Below, piece by piece: positions 1 to 8,091 of a DNA stretch of 64,000 nucleotides. The stretch is from Desulfomonilia bacterium. Its GTDB lineage: Bacteria > Desulfobacterota > Desulfomonilia > UBA1062. The position numbers and the translations under genes were made by a program. The stretch is from NCBI GenBank assembly GCA_050014195.1, contig JBEKDT010000001.1, positions 96,001 to 160,000 of the forward strand, written 5' to 3'. The first letter of the stretch is position 1; the number at the start of each line of letters is the position of its first letter. The notes beneath the pieces are model-generated. The model worked only from the letters and a program-made list of their open reading frames with translations. It ran no database searches and was not told the DNA's origin.

Positions 1-2
1 CC

Positions 3-2864
3 GCAGCAGCCTACCGCTCGCGGGATAAGCTCTATGATGAACGCCTGGACATGACATTCGACTATACGAAGAAAAAGGACCTCGCCTATGCAGAGATCCT
101 CCTTCCGGAAAATGCACCGGAGAGACTGAAAGACCGGCAGACCCTCTGGAATGAAGTCGAAAGAGTCGAGAAACGAAAAGATGCACGCCTCTCCCGGGAA
201 GTCGAGTTAGCTCTTCCCAAGGAACTGAACTTCGAACAACAGGTAGCCCTCGTAAAGGAATATGCACAGAGTCAATTCGTGGACAGAGGCATGATAGCCG
301 ACATCTGCATCCATAAGAGTGATAAAAATCCTCATGTTCATATTATGCTTACAACAAGAGAAGTTACCAGGGATGGCTTTGGTAAAAAAGTAACCGCATG
401 GAATGATAAAGCAGAACTCCTGAAATGGCGGGAAGAGTGGGCGAATATCCAGAACCGGAAATTGCTGGAAGCAGGTCACGATATCCAAGTAGACCACAGA
501 AGCTTTGCAGATAGAGGCATTGACCTTGAGCCGACATCGAAGATCGGGATAGCAGCAAAATACCTGCCCAAAGGTTACCTCCACCTGCAAGAAACCCGAG
601 GACTTGATCGCCTCGAAGAGTACCAGAGGATATGCCGCGAGAACGGAGAACGTATTATCAACGATCCGATAAAAGCCTTGAAGCTCGTTGGGCATTACGA
701 TGCCGTGTTCAAGCGGGAAGACATCATGGATTTTGCCTTCCGGCACAGCGCAGATGCGGATCAGTTCAACCGTGTTTTCTCTGCCCTTGAGAACAGTCAA
801 GAGCTCATCAAGATCGGGAAAAACGAGAAAGGGGAAGACCTGTTCTCTACCCGCACAATGATGATGAGCGAGAAGACCATGCTCGATAATGCGAGAGTCA
901 TGACATCTTCAAACGGTCACGTCCTGGAGCAGGCTATCATCAACCAGACAGCGAAAAACTACACCATGAGCGAGGAGCAGGAAAAGGCATTCAGAAGTAT
1001 CGCAGAGGGCGATGATATCTCCGTCATGATCGGTCGTGCAGGAACAGGGAAAAGCTACACCCTTGGAGCTGTCAAAGAAGCATATGAAGCAGGAGGATAT
1101 CGGGTAAGAGGCCTTGCACTTTCGGGCATCGCAGCAGAAGGCCTTCAGAATGAAAGCGGCATCGAAAGCACAACCATCTTCAGGCAGTTGGATGATTGGG
1201 AAAATGAGAGAAATCTACTCAACAAAGACCAGATCCTGGTGATCGATGAAGCAGGTATGGTTGGAACAAGACAGATGCATAAGATTCTAGAGCACGCCCA
1301 TGATACAGGAGCAAAAGTGATCCTTGTGGGAGACAATGAACAGCTTCAGTCAATCGAGGCAGGAGGATCATTCAGAGGTATTATCCAGAGAACCGGATAC
1401 GTGGAACTTGCAGAAGTGAGAAGACAACATGTTGATTGGCAGAAACAGGCAACCGTAGAATTCTCAGGCAACAAAGAACAAGCAGAAAAAGCCCTGGAAA
1501 TGTACCACGACCATAGTCATATCCATGAACTCCAGACCAGGCAGGACGCCAAGGATCAGATGCTGAAAGAATGGGCGGATCAACAACAACTTTCAAAACA
1601 GAAACACGAGACCAGCCTCATGATGGCCTACACAAACAAGGACGTAAATGAACTTAATCAGGGGGCAAGAGAACACAGAAAAATGCACGGAGAACTTCGT
1701 GGCTACGAACACACATTCATGACCGAAAAAGGAGAGAGAAATTTCTGCACCGGGGACCGGATTATATTCCTCAGGAACGAGCATTCTTTAGGCGTAAGGA
1801 ATGGTTCTCTCGGTACAGTAGAGAGCATCAACCGGGGAGCCATATCCGTCAAACTCGATAAAGGCGACAGGGTCGCTATCGATACCAGCATGTATAAAGA
1901 TTTCGATCACGGCTATGCAGCCACCGTGCATAAGACACAGGGTTCAACACTTGACCATACCTTTGTGCTCGGCTCACGTCATTTTGATAAGCATACTGCA
2001 TATGTTGCCATGAGCAGACATAGAGAAAATGTGACCATGTACTACGGCAAGGATGAATTCAGGAACTTTGAAGACCTGCAGAGAGTCATGAGCAGAGAAC
2101 GGCCTAAGAGTCTGGTTGTTGATTATGGACTGCCCAGGGGCATTGAAGTGGATAACAGAGTCATCGAGGCTGAGAGGGTTATGACTCACGAAGAAAGACG
2201 CATCCAGGCCCAGGAATGGCAACAGCAAAGAGACCAGGAACAGTATGTCAAACAAATGAAGGAAAGAGGCATTCAAGTTGAATTACCCAAAGATAAATCT
2301 GTAGCCGGATACTTTACGAGAGTGGAAGAGATTGGCGGAAGGAAATATGCAGTTATCGATACCCATGCTAATCCAACCAAGGGGAATCGCTACCTGATAC
2401 CCTATGAGAAGCAATACGACCAGATGCAGATGCACCACTATGTAGCCTATGATGGAAAGGAATTGGGATATGCCAAGCGGAGCAGAACCCCTGAGAAGGA
2501 AATACAACAACAAGTTTCTCAGGAGAAGCAGGGAGAAAAAGGCATATCGACACCCGACCGGAAACTTACTCCGGAAGAATTCAATTACTGCCAGCGCATG
2601 CAAGATAGGGGGCTTAAGGTTGACTTCCCAAGAGAAAGGGCTGTGGAAGGCTATTATACAAAGATCGAGGAACTCGGCGGCAATAAATATGCAGTGATTG
2701 AATCGAAGGGTGTTCGCTACATGGTATCCTATGACAAGCAATACGATAAGATGCAGATGCACCGGTATGTTTCATATGACGGTCAAACGATGCGTTCTGC
2801 AAAGGCTCCATCGATAAAAATAGAAAAAAATCAGGGGCTGGGACTTGGAAAGAAGTTAAATTGA
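3..2864 (+). CDS. traA: TraA-type conjugative relaxase (MobA/MobL MOBQ domain + RecD-like helicase), 5' partial
   Basis: The frame is open from base 3 (AAAYRSR, catalytic Tyr motif). NPHVHIMLTTR HUH motif, GRAGTGKS Walker A, IDEAGM, HGYAATVHKTQG, YVAMSRHR. Confidence 0.92.
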   Translation, partial: AAAYRSRDKLYDERLDMTFDYTKKKDLAYAEILLPENAPERLKDRQTLWNEVERVEKRKDARLSREVELALPKELNFEQQVALVKEYAQSQFVDRGMIADICIHKSDKNPHVHIMLTTREVTRDGFGKKVTAWNDKAELLKWREEWANIQNRKLLEAGHDIQVDHRSFADRGIDLEPTSKIGIAAKYLPKGYLHLQETRGLDRLEEYQRICRENGERIINDPIKALKLVGHYDAVFKREDIMDFAFRHSADADQFNRVFSALENSQELIKIGKNEKGEDLFSTRTMMMSEKTMLDNARVMTSSNGHVLEQAIINQTAKNYTMSEEQEKAFRSIAEGDDISVMIGRAGTGKSYTLGAVKEAYEAGGYRVRGLALSGIAAEGLQNESGIESTTIFRQLDDWENERNLLNKDQILVIDEAGMVGTRQMHKILEHAHDTGAKVILVGDNEQLQSIEAGGSFRGIIQRTGYVELAEVRRQHVDWQKQATVEFSGNKEQAEKALEMYHDHSHIHELQTRQDAKDQMLKEWADQQQLSKQKHETSLMMAYTNKDVNELNQGAREHRKMHGELRGYEHTFMTEKGERNFCTGDRIIFLRNEHSLGVRNGSLGTVESINRGAISVKLDKGDRVAIDTSMYKDFDHGYAATVHKTQGSTLDHTFVLGSRHFDKHTAYVAMSRHRENVTMYYGKDEFRNFEDLQRVMSRERPKSLVVDYGLPRGIEVDNRVIEAERVMTHEERRIQAQEWQQQRDQEQYVKQMKERGIQVELPKDKSVAGYFTRVEEIGGRKYAVIDTHANPTKGNRYLIPYEKQYDQMQMHHYVAYDGKELGYAKRSRTPEKEIQQQVSQEKQGEKGISTPDRKLTPEEFNYCQRMQDRGLKVDFPRERAVEGYYTKIEELGGNKYAVIESKGVRYMVSYDKQYDKMQMHRYVSYDGQTMRSAKAPSIKIEKNQGLGLGKKLN

Positions 2865-2875
2865 AGAGGGAATAA

Positions 2876-3559
2876 TCATCTCAAAACGTGCTCCATGATT
2901 TCAGGAGAATCATTCCGAGGATCGTTCACAAGTTTCGAGACTTCATATGCTTCCATCTCCTCGGCAGGATAAGGCTTAAGGCAATTCAGCAAGGCAGCTT
3001 CCTCTTCTCTCTGTGAACTCAGCCACGACTTGAAGCAATCAGGAGATAGGATAGCAGGCATCCTGTCATGGATCTTTTTGATCAGTGAATTTGCTTCCGT
3101 GGTGATGATCGTGCTTGAGATGATCGTATTTCCGGTTTCCTTATCACGCCACCTATCCCAAAGCCCAGCAAAGACGATGGGCTTTCCGCTTTTTAGCTTG
3201 ATGAGGTAAGGCGTCCTTGTCTTATTCGCAGTATCCCATTCATAAAACCCCATTGCCGGGATGATGCACCTGGTTCGTTTGAGTGGCTCTTTAAAAGACG
3301 GTTTCTGTGTAAGCGTCTCCGCCCTGGCATTTATCAACCGGTTCCCGATGTTCTTATCTTTTGCCCAGTAAGGTATAAGTCCCCAACGAGTGAGGGTAAG
3401 CCTCGGCGTAGGGGTATTAATCACGGTCAGAATATCTTTCGTGGGCGTGACGTTATAGCTCTGGGTAAAGTGACTCAGAGCCTCCTCGTCCACTTCCAAC
3501 TCTGAGAAGCCTACCTCGATCTGCTCTGGGTCAATGATCTGGATGAAACGGCCGCACAT
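2876..3559 (-). CDS. SOS response-associated peptidase (SRAP/YedK family)
   Basis: MCGRF N-terminus (start moved to 3559), WGLIP, INARAET, GFYEW, HDRMP motifs. Confidence 0.93.
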   Translation of the reverse strand: MCGRFIQIIDPEQIEVGFSELEVDEEALSHFTQSYNVTPTKDILTVINTPTPRLTLTRWGLIPYWAKDKNIGNRLINARAETLTQKPSFKEPLKRTRCIIPAMGFYEWDTANKTRTPYLIKLKSGKPIVFAGLWDRWRDKETGNTIISSTIITTEANSLIKKIHDRMPAILSPDCFKSWLSSQREEEAALLNCLKPYPAEEMEAYEVSKLVNDPRNDSPEIMEHVLR

Positions 3560-3700
3560 TATTCGTTCCTCTTCTGATATACTGGGTTGTACATCAAATA
3601 ATGATAAGTTGTCCATGCACAGGAGCTTTGCACGGTTATCCAGATCTCTTCCCCCGCTCTCCTTTACAGTCAACTCCCGTGGTGTTAGTATCTCCTGCTT

Positions 3701-4153
3701 GTGACAAAAATCTCAGAAAAAAACGAATTGCGTGTTACAGGAATCTGGGGCTTCGAAAGCAAGTCTAGCCTCAAGATACCCCTCTTCTCTGTAGGCATAT
3801 CTGCTGGATTCCCCTCACCGGCAGAAGACAGCATTGAAAAGAATCTCGACCTCAATGAGTTTCTCATCAAACATCCGTCTGCAACATTCTTTGTCCGAGT
3901 TGCAGGAGATTCGATGACCGGGGCGGGTATTCATACCGGCGATATCCTCATCGTAGACAGAGCTTTGGAACCAAAATCGGGTAATGTGGTGATTGCCATG
4001 GTCAATGGCGACTTTACAGTGAAAAGGTATAACCACATAGATGGCAGATGTTTCCTCCTGGCTGAAAATTCTCAGTTTAAGCCTATCGAGATAACGGACG
4101 GCATGCAGGTGGAGGTGTGGGGAGTCGTTTCTTACGTAATCCACAAGGTGTGA
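3701..4153 (+). CDS. umuD: UmuD/LexA-family S24 peptidase, Pol V accessory subunit
   Basis: SAGFPSPAED cleavage site, GDSM catalytic Ser, FTVKR catalytic Lys, VWGVV. Confidence 0.93.
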   Translation: MTKISEKNELRVTGIWGFESKSSLKIPLFSVGISAGFPSPAEDSIEKNLDLNEFLIKHPSATFFVRVAGDSMTGAGIHTGDILIVDRALEPKSGNVVIAMVNGDFTVKRYNHIDGRCFLLAENSQFKPIEITDGMQVEVWGVVSYVIHKV

Positions 4154-4156
4154 TCA

Positions 4157-5416
4157 ATGGAACAGATCTTTGCTCTGGTAGACTGCAACAACTTTTATGC
4201 ATCCTGCGAACGTGTTTTTAACCCTTCTATTGATGGTAAACCGGTTGTCGTACTTTCAAACAATGATGGGTGTATCATAGCCAGATCAAACGAAGCTAAG
4301 GCATTAGGCATTAAGATGGGAGAACCTCTGCATCAGTGTCAAACTCTCATCGCAAAAAACAAAGTGCACGTCTTTTCATCTAACTTCCCGCTATATGGCG
4401 ATCTGTCTGCCCGTGTAATGGGGACACTTGCTACCTTTACTCCCGAGATGGAGGTCTATTCAATAGATGAGGCTTTTCTAGATCTCACCGGCATTCCTGA
4501 GAACCTCACTGAGTATGGAAGAATTATCAGGAAGACCGTAAAAAGATGGGTCGGCATCCCTGTGTCCATCGGGATAGCTCCCACCAAAACACTTGCTAAG
4601 GCTGCTGCAAAGCTAGTGAAGAAGCGGAGTGAATATCAAGGAGTATTCGATATCACAGACCACATAGAAACCCTCGCCGACATTGATGTGGGAGATGTAT
4701 GGGGGGTTGGTTGGCAGTATACCAAGCTCCTCAGGCGACATGGGATCTTGACTGCGCTGGATTTGAGGAATGCACCTGCTTCCTGGGTTAGAAAGCACAT
4801 GACTGTTGTGGGCCTGCGCATAGTTATGGAGCTTAGAGGTACGTCCTGCATACCCCTTGATGAAGGAGAGCAACCCAAAAAGTCCATTATGTGCTCCAGG
4901 TCCTTTGGCCGTAAGGTCTATACCCTTAATGAGCTTAAGGAAGCTGTATCCGCTTATACATCCAGGGTATCCGAGAAACTGCGTGAACAGAATTCTGCTG
5001 CATCCATCATCCAAGTGATGCTCATCGAGTTTCCATTCAATGATGGGCATCCAAGGACTCATTTCTGCTCTACCACAATTCCTGTTGCCACCTCGTACAC
5101 CCCTGACCTCATACGGTATGCCAAGGCCCTTCTGGAACGTGTATACCGGAAAGGTCCGGCATATAGGAAGGCAGGGGTAATGCTCTCCGGAATATGTCAG
5201 AGAGGACAGGTGCAAATGAACCTTTTCCACACCAGTCGTGAAGGGGAACAAGAGCTAAAACTCATGCAGACCGTGGATGAAGTAAACAGGCGATGGGGCA
5301 GAGGAACTCTCATCCATGCCTCCTCCGGCTTCGCGCGACCGTGGTGGATGAGGCAGACAAGGCGATCTCCCCAATTCACGACATCCTGGACAGATATCCC
5401 GGTTGTAAAGGCTTAA
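4157..5416 (+). CDS. umuC: Y-family DNA polymerase V catalytic subunit
   Basis: DCNNFYASCE, VLSNNDGC, YSIDEAF, C-terminal W-MRQ-RRSP-FTT-W (DUF4113-like). Directly follows umuD. Confidence 0.95.
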   Translation: MEQIFALVDCNNFYASCERVFNPSIDGKPVVVLSNNDGCIIARSNEAKALGIKMGEPLHQCQTLIAKNKVHVFSSNFPLYGDLSARVMGTLATFTPEMEVYSIDEAFLDLTGIPENLTEYGRIIRKTVKRWVGIPVSIGIAPTKTLAKAAAKLVKKRSEYQGVFDITDHIETLADIDVGDVWGVGWQYTKLLRRHGILTALDLRNAPASWVRKHMTVVGLRIVMELRGTSCIPLDEGEQPKKSIMCSRSFGRKVYTLNELKEAVSAYTSRVSEKLREQNSAASIIQVMLIEFPFNDGHPRTHFCSTTIPVATSYTPDLIRYAKALLERVYRKGPAYRKAGVMLSGICQRGQVQMNLFHTSREGEQELKLMQTVDEVNRRWGRGTLIHASSGFARPWWMRQTRRSPQFTTSWTDIPVVKA

Positions 5417-5477
5417 TTCTCTTTCTTCTCGTTCACCTAAATCAATTTTACATACTCAAAGTTAAGGAGGGTATATT

Positions 5478-6254
5478 TCACTTAGTGCTGTCAATGATTG
5501 CTTTTAACAAAGAAACCGACATAGCCACCTGCTTCAAAGCTTCATCCTCGGTAATGATTCTCTTCTGTGCGTAACACTTATTAGCCAAGCCGATTGAGCT
5601 ATTTGCTATCTTTGATATCTCCCTCTTAAGATCATCAATGGATTTGATTTGAATCGGAGTTACCATCTTTTCAAAAGCTCGCTTCTTTTCAGTGCTAAGA
5701 GGTAAGACGGAGTCTAATGCATCATCAAATTCAGCGTGATGTTCTTTGCTCCACTTGCCTATTTCAGTATATACCTTCCCATCACCGGTAGGAGAGCTAT
5801 CATAGGGGAAATTATGAAGAGGTTGAGATAGATCACCGACATAATGGGCTATGTTACCGAGATAATAATCATACTCCCATCCCCTTGACCCTTTCAGCTT
5901 TTTATAAAGCTGCACTATCTCCCAGTATAAGACCCCGGATGAATCGGGAACTCTAATCTTGATTGGTTGTGATCCTGGGGAACCCAATTTTTGATAAGTA
6001 CCTACGGTTATCTGATACCGGTCAATATATTCCGGAGTAACAATGGTATTAGGAGCAGCATCATGCCAGTGATACGGAACTAATAAGGCATATTCTTCAT
6101 TCCTGGAGAGATCAGGGAAACATGCTGTTTCAGGATCTGCAATACCAGCCTCTTGGGCAATAAGTATGTGGGTTATTGATGACCATGCCTGAGCATTAGT
6201 TGAAAGAATGAGTATTGTAAGGATACTTATAATGGCTCTCGATGAATATTTCAT
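5478..6254 (-). CDS. Secreted S1/P1 nuclease / Zn-dependent phospholipase C fold protein
   Basis: Signal peptide ending AQA, then W-x4-H; PD; WH; HYVGDLSQPLH; HAEFD Zn-ligand pattern. Confidence 0.75.
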   Translation of the reverse strand: MKYSSRAIISILTILILSTNAQAWSSITHILIAQEAGIADPETACFPDLSRNEEYALLVPYHWHDAAPNTIVTPEYIDRYQITVGTYQKLGSPGSQPIKIRVPDSSGVLYWEIVQLYKKLKGSRGWEYDYYLGNIAHYVGDLSQPLHNFPYDSSPTGDGKVYTEIGKWSKEHHAEFDDALDSVLPLSTEKKRAFEKMVTPIQIKSIDDLKREISKIANSSIGLANKCYAQKRIITEDEALKQVAMSVSLLKAIIDSTK

Positions 6255-6411
6255 AATTGACCTCACTTTGTTGGCAGTAGGGAATCACAGTTGAAATGTC
6301 ATATGATACTGAAATAATTATATCATATTATTATGGAATAATCCACTTTGAGCTGACCTCCTGGTTGTTCTAACGTATCTGATTGTATGGTGGTGATGTT
6401 TATATGGTGGA

Positions 6412-6440
6412 TTGAGTCCTTTATGATAGTATGCTATTAT
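6412..6440 (+). promoter_or_regulatory. Sigma70-type promoter
   Basis: TTGAGT (6412-6417), 17-bp spacer, extended TGn, TATTAT (6435-6440). Predicted +1 at ~G6447. Confidence 0.65.
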
Positions 6441-6446
6441 TCAATT

Positions 6447-6770
6447 GGGAGGCGTAGCTTCCCCATCACCTTCAGCCTGAAAAGGCGAAAGGAGGCTTCA
6501 CATGAGTAAGCTCATTGCTTACCTAATGATGGGGCGGCGTTCGTTTGTGGCTGAATTCTCGATTTGAAAAACTCCGGACCGTGGTAGCCCAATAGCTATC
6601 GCGATTCCATTCTCATTCTCGACCGGAGTCACAAGGGGCACCTGTCGTTGCGTCGATGACGCAACGAGCCAAGAAGACTAGCGATTGTCCTATCGTCGCG
6701 GTCAGGCCCAGCAGGTGTTACACACCGCTGTCAGAATTCTGATTGCGAACGTGTGTAGCGCCTCCCTTTA
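6447..6770 (+). ncRNA. Putative ~320-nt multi-stem structured RNA of unknown class (contains a 21-codon sORF at 6502-6567)
   Basis: Terminal GGGAGGCG/CGCCTCCC helix followed by T-tract, at least 7 nested helices, a GAAA tetraloop, G-U pairs favouring the + strand, and an upstream promoter. Confidence 0.65.
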
Positions 6771-6878
6771 ATGGATTTCATAGGAGGCGGTTCTCTGTTC
6801 CCTGTAAGAAGTCGAGGAAGTGCTTGTAGTTGCTGTTGAATCTCAGCGGTGTGGAGTATCATATTAGTAATGAAGAGT

Positions 6879-6905
6879 AAAAGTGCAGTATAGTTATTGT
6901 TGAGC
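6879..6905 (+). other. attI-like integron recombination site (copy in ICE)
   Basis: AAAAGTGCAGTATAGTTATTGTTGAGC matches 53459-53481 at 22/23 nt up to the GTT core. Confidence 0.6.
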
Positions 6906-6939
6906 TACTCAATAATCCTATGAAATTAGGTAGAAACTG

Positions 6940-7719
6940 ATGTCAAATGGCAATTTGAGTGCAAACTCACTTTTTCATTTTACAAATACACTAGATAAAT
7001 TACAAAGCATTTTGATCGATGGTTTTTGGCCCAGATACTCTCTTGAGACTTGGGATATTATTATTGATAACCCTATGGAATATGCATTTCCAATGGTTTG
7101 TTTTTGCGATATTCCGTTAACGCAAACAAGAAAACACACAGATCTTTACGGGCAATATGGCATAGGTTTAGATAAACGCTGGGGCATTAGAAAAGGCATC
7201 ACGCCGGTATTATATGCATATAAGGGCTCCAGAACCACTGCTCTGCTTGCAGCAATATATGATGATATGATTAATAAAGATAAATTAGTTCCTTTGGATG
7301 AGAAACTTCACAAAGATTTTATGGATTTTATTATGTTCACAAAGCCATATAGTGGCCCTATATGGCGTGATGGCAACTATATCCCTGGCGAAATAAGGTT
7401 TTACGATGAAAGAGAGTGGCGCTATATTCCAGACATTATAATGACAGAAGGAATAAGTTTATTATACGTGAATAATGCTATCTATAAACATGAATTTTTG
7501 AATGATCAATATCGAGAGAGCCAAGAAAAATTGCTACAACCTTATAATCTTGTCTTTTTTCCAGAGGATATCCGTTACATTATAGTTAGCAGCGAAGCCG
7601 AGATGTTATCTCTTTTTACTTTTCTTGATAGTGAATTGACACATAAATATAATGAGTTAGATTTGCAACTTCTTAAAACGAAAATTATTTCGGTTGAACA
7701 AATTGTTTCAGACTTTTAA
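6940..7719 (+). CDS. Abortive infection AbiGi-like protein
   Basis: LFHFT...L-SIL--GF-PRYS-E, PMVCFCDIPL, YGQYGIGL-K-WG, FYDEREWRY are typical of the AbiGi family. Confidence 0.8.
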   Translation: MSNGNLSANSLFHFTNTLDKLQSILIDGFWPRYSLETWDIIIDNPMEYAFPMVCFCDIPLTQTRKHTDLYGQYGIGLDKRWGIRKGITPVLYAYKGSRTTALLAAIYDDMINKDKLVPLDEKLHKDFMDFIMFTKPYSGPIWRDGNYIPGEIRFYDEREWRYIPDIIMTEGISLLYVNNAIYKHEFLNDQYRESQEKLLQPYNLVFFPEDIRYIIVSSEAEMLSLFTFLDSELTHKYNELDLQLLKTKIISVEQIVSDF

Positions 7720-8091
7720 TTAAATACATTAACTGTGATTTAATACAAATGGTCGTCAACAAAGGCATTCTCTCTAATTCAAAAAGTTGGCGCTTTTGTC
7801 TAGATAATGCCCGTCATTCAGCAGAGGCAGAGGAGTAATAATGTTTTCATCGAAAATGGTTTTGAGTTTTCCGTGTGAAGGGGGGATGTTTTATCTTCTT
7901 AATCAACACCTTTCCTGTCCGATGATCCCGTGACACATCTCCATTCCAAGTTAATAAGACCATTTACAGAGATTTGTTTCTCAGAACAGTTAGTAGAGAT
8001 CTTCGAATGAAACCTTCAAAATTGGTAAATAGTTGCTGATGGTAGGTTCAAAGAGATGAAAAAGAAAAGTGATATCTGATATCCAAATTAA

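Noticed and set aside
3560-3700. LexA box between SRAP and umuD
   Set aside because: No convincing match to LexA motifs I know could be identified.
6447-6770. Retron msr-msd, tmRNA or group I/II intron
   Set aside because: There is no reverse transcriptase in the window, no tRNA-like ends with CCA, and no recognisable intron domain V or P7 core by eye.
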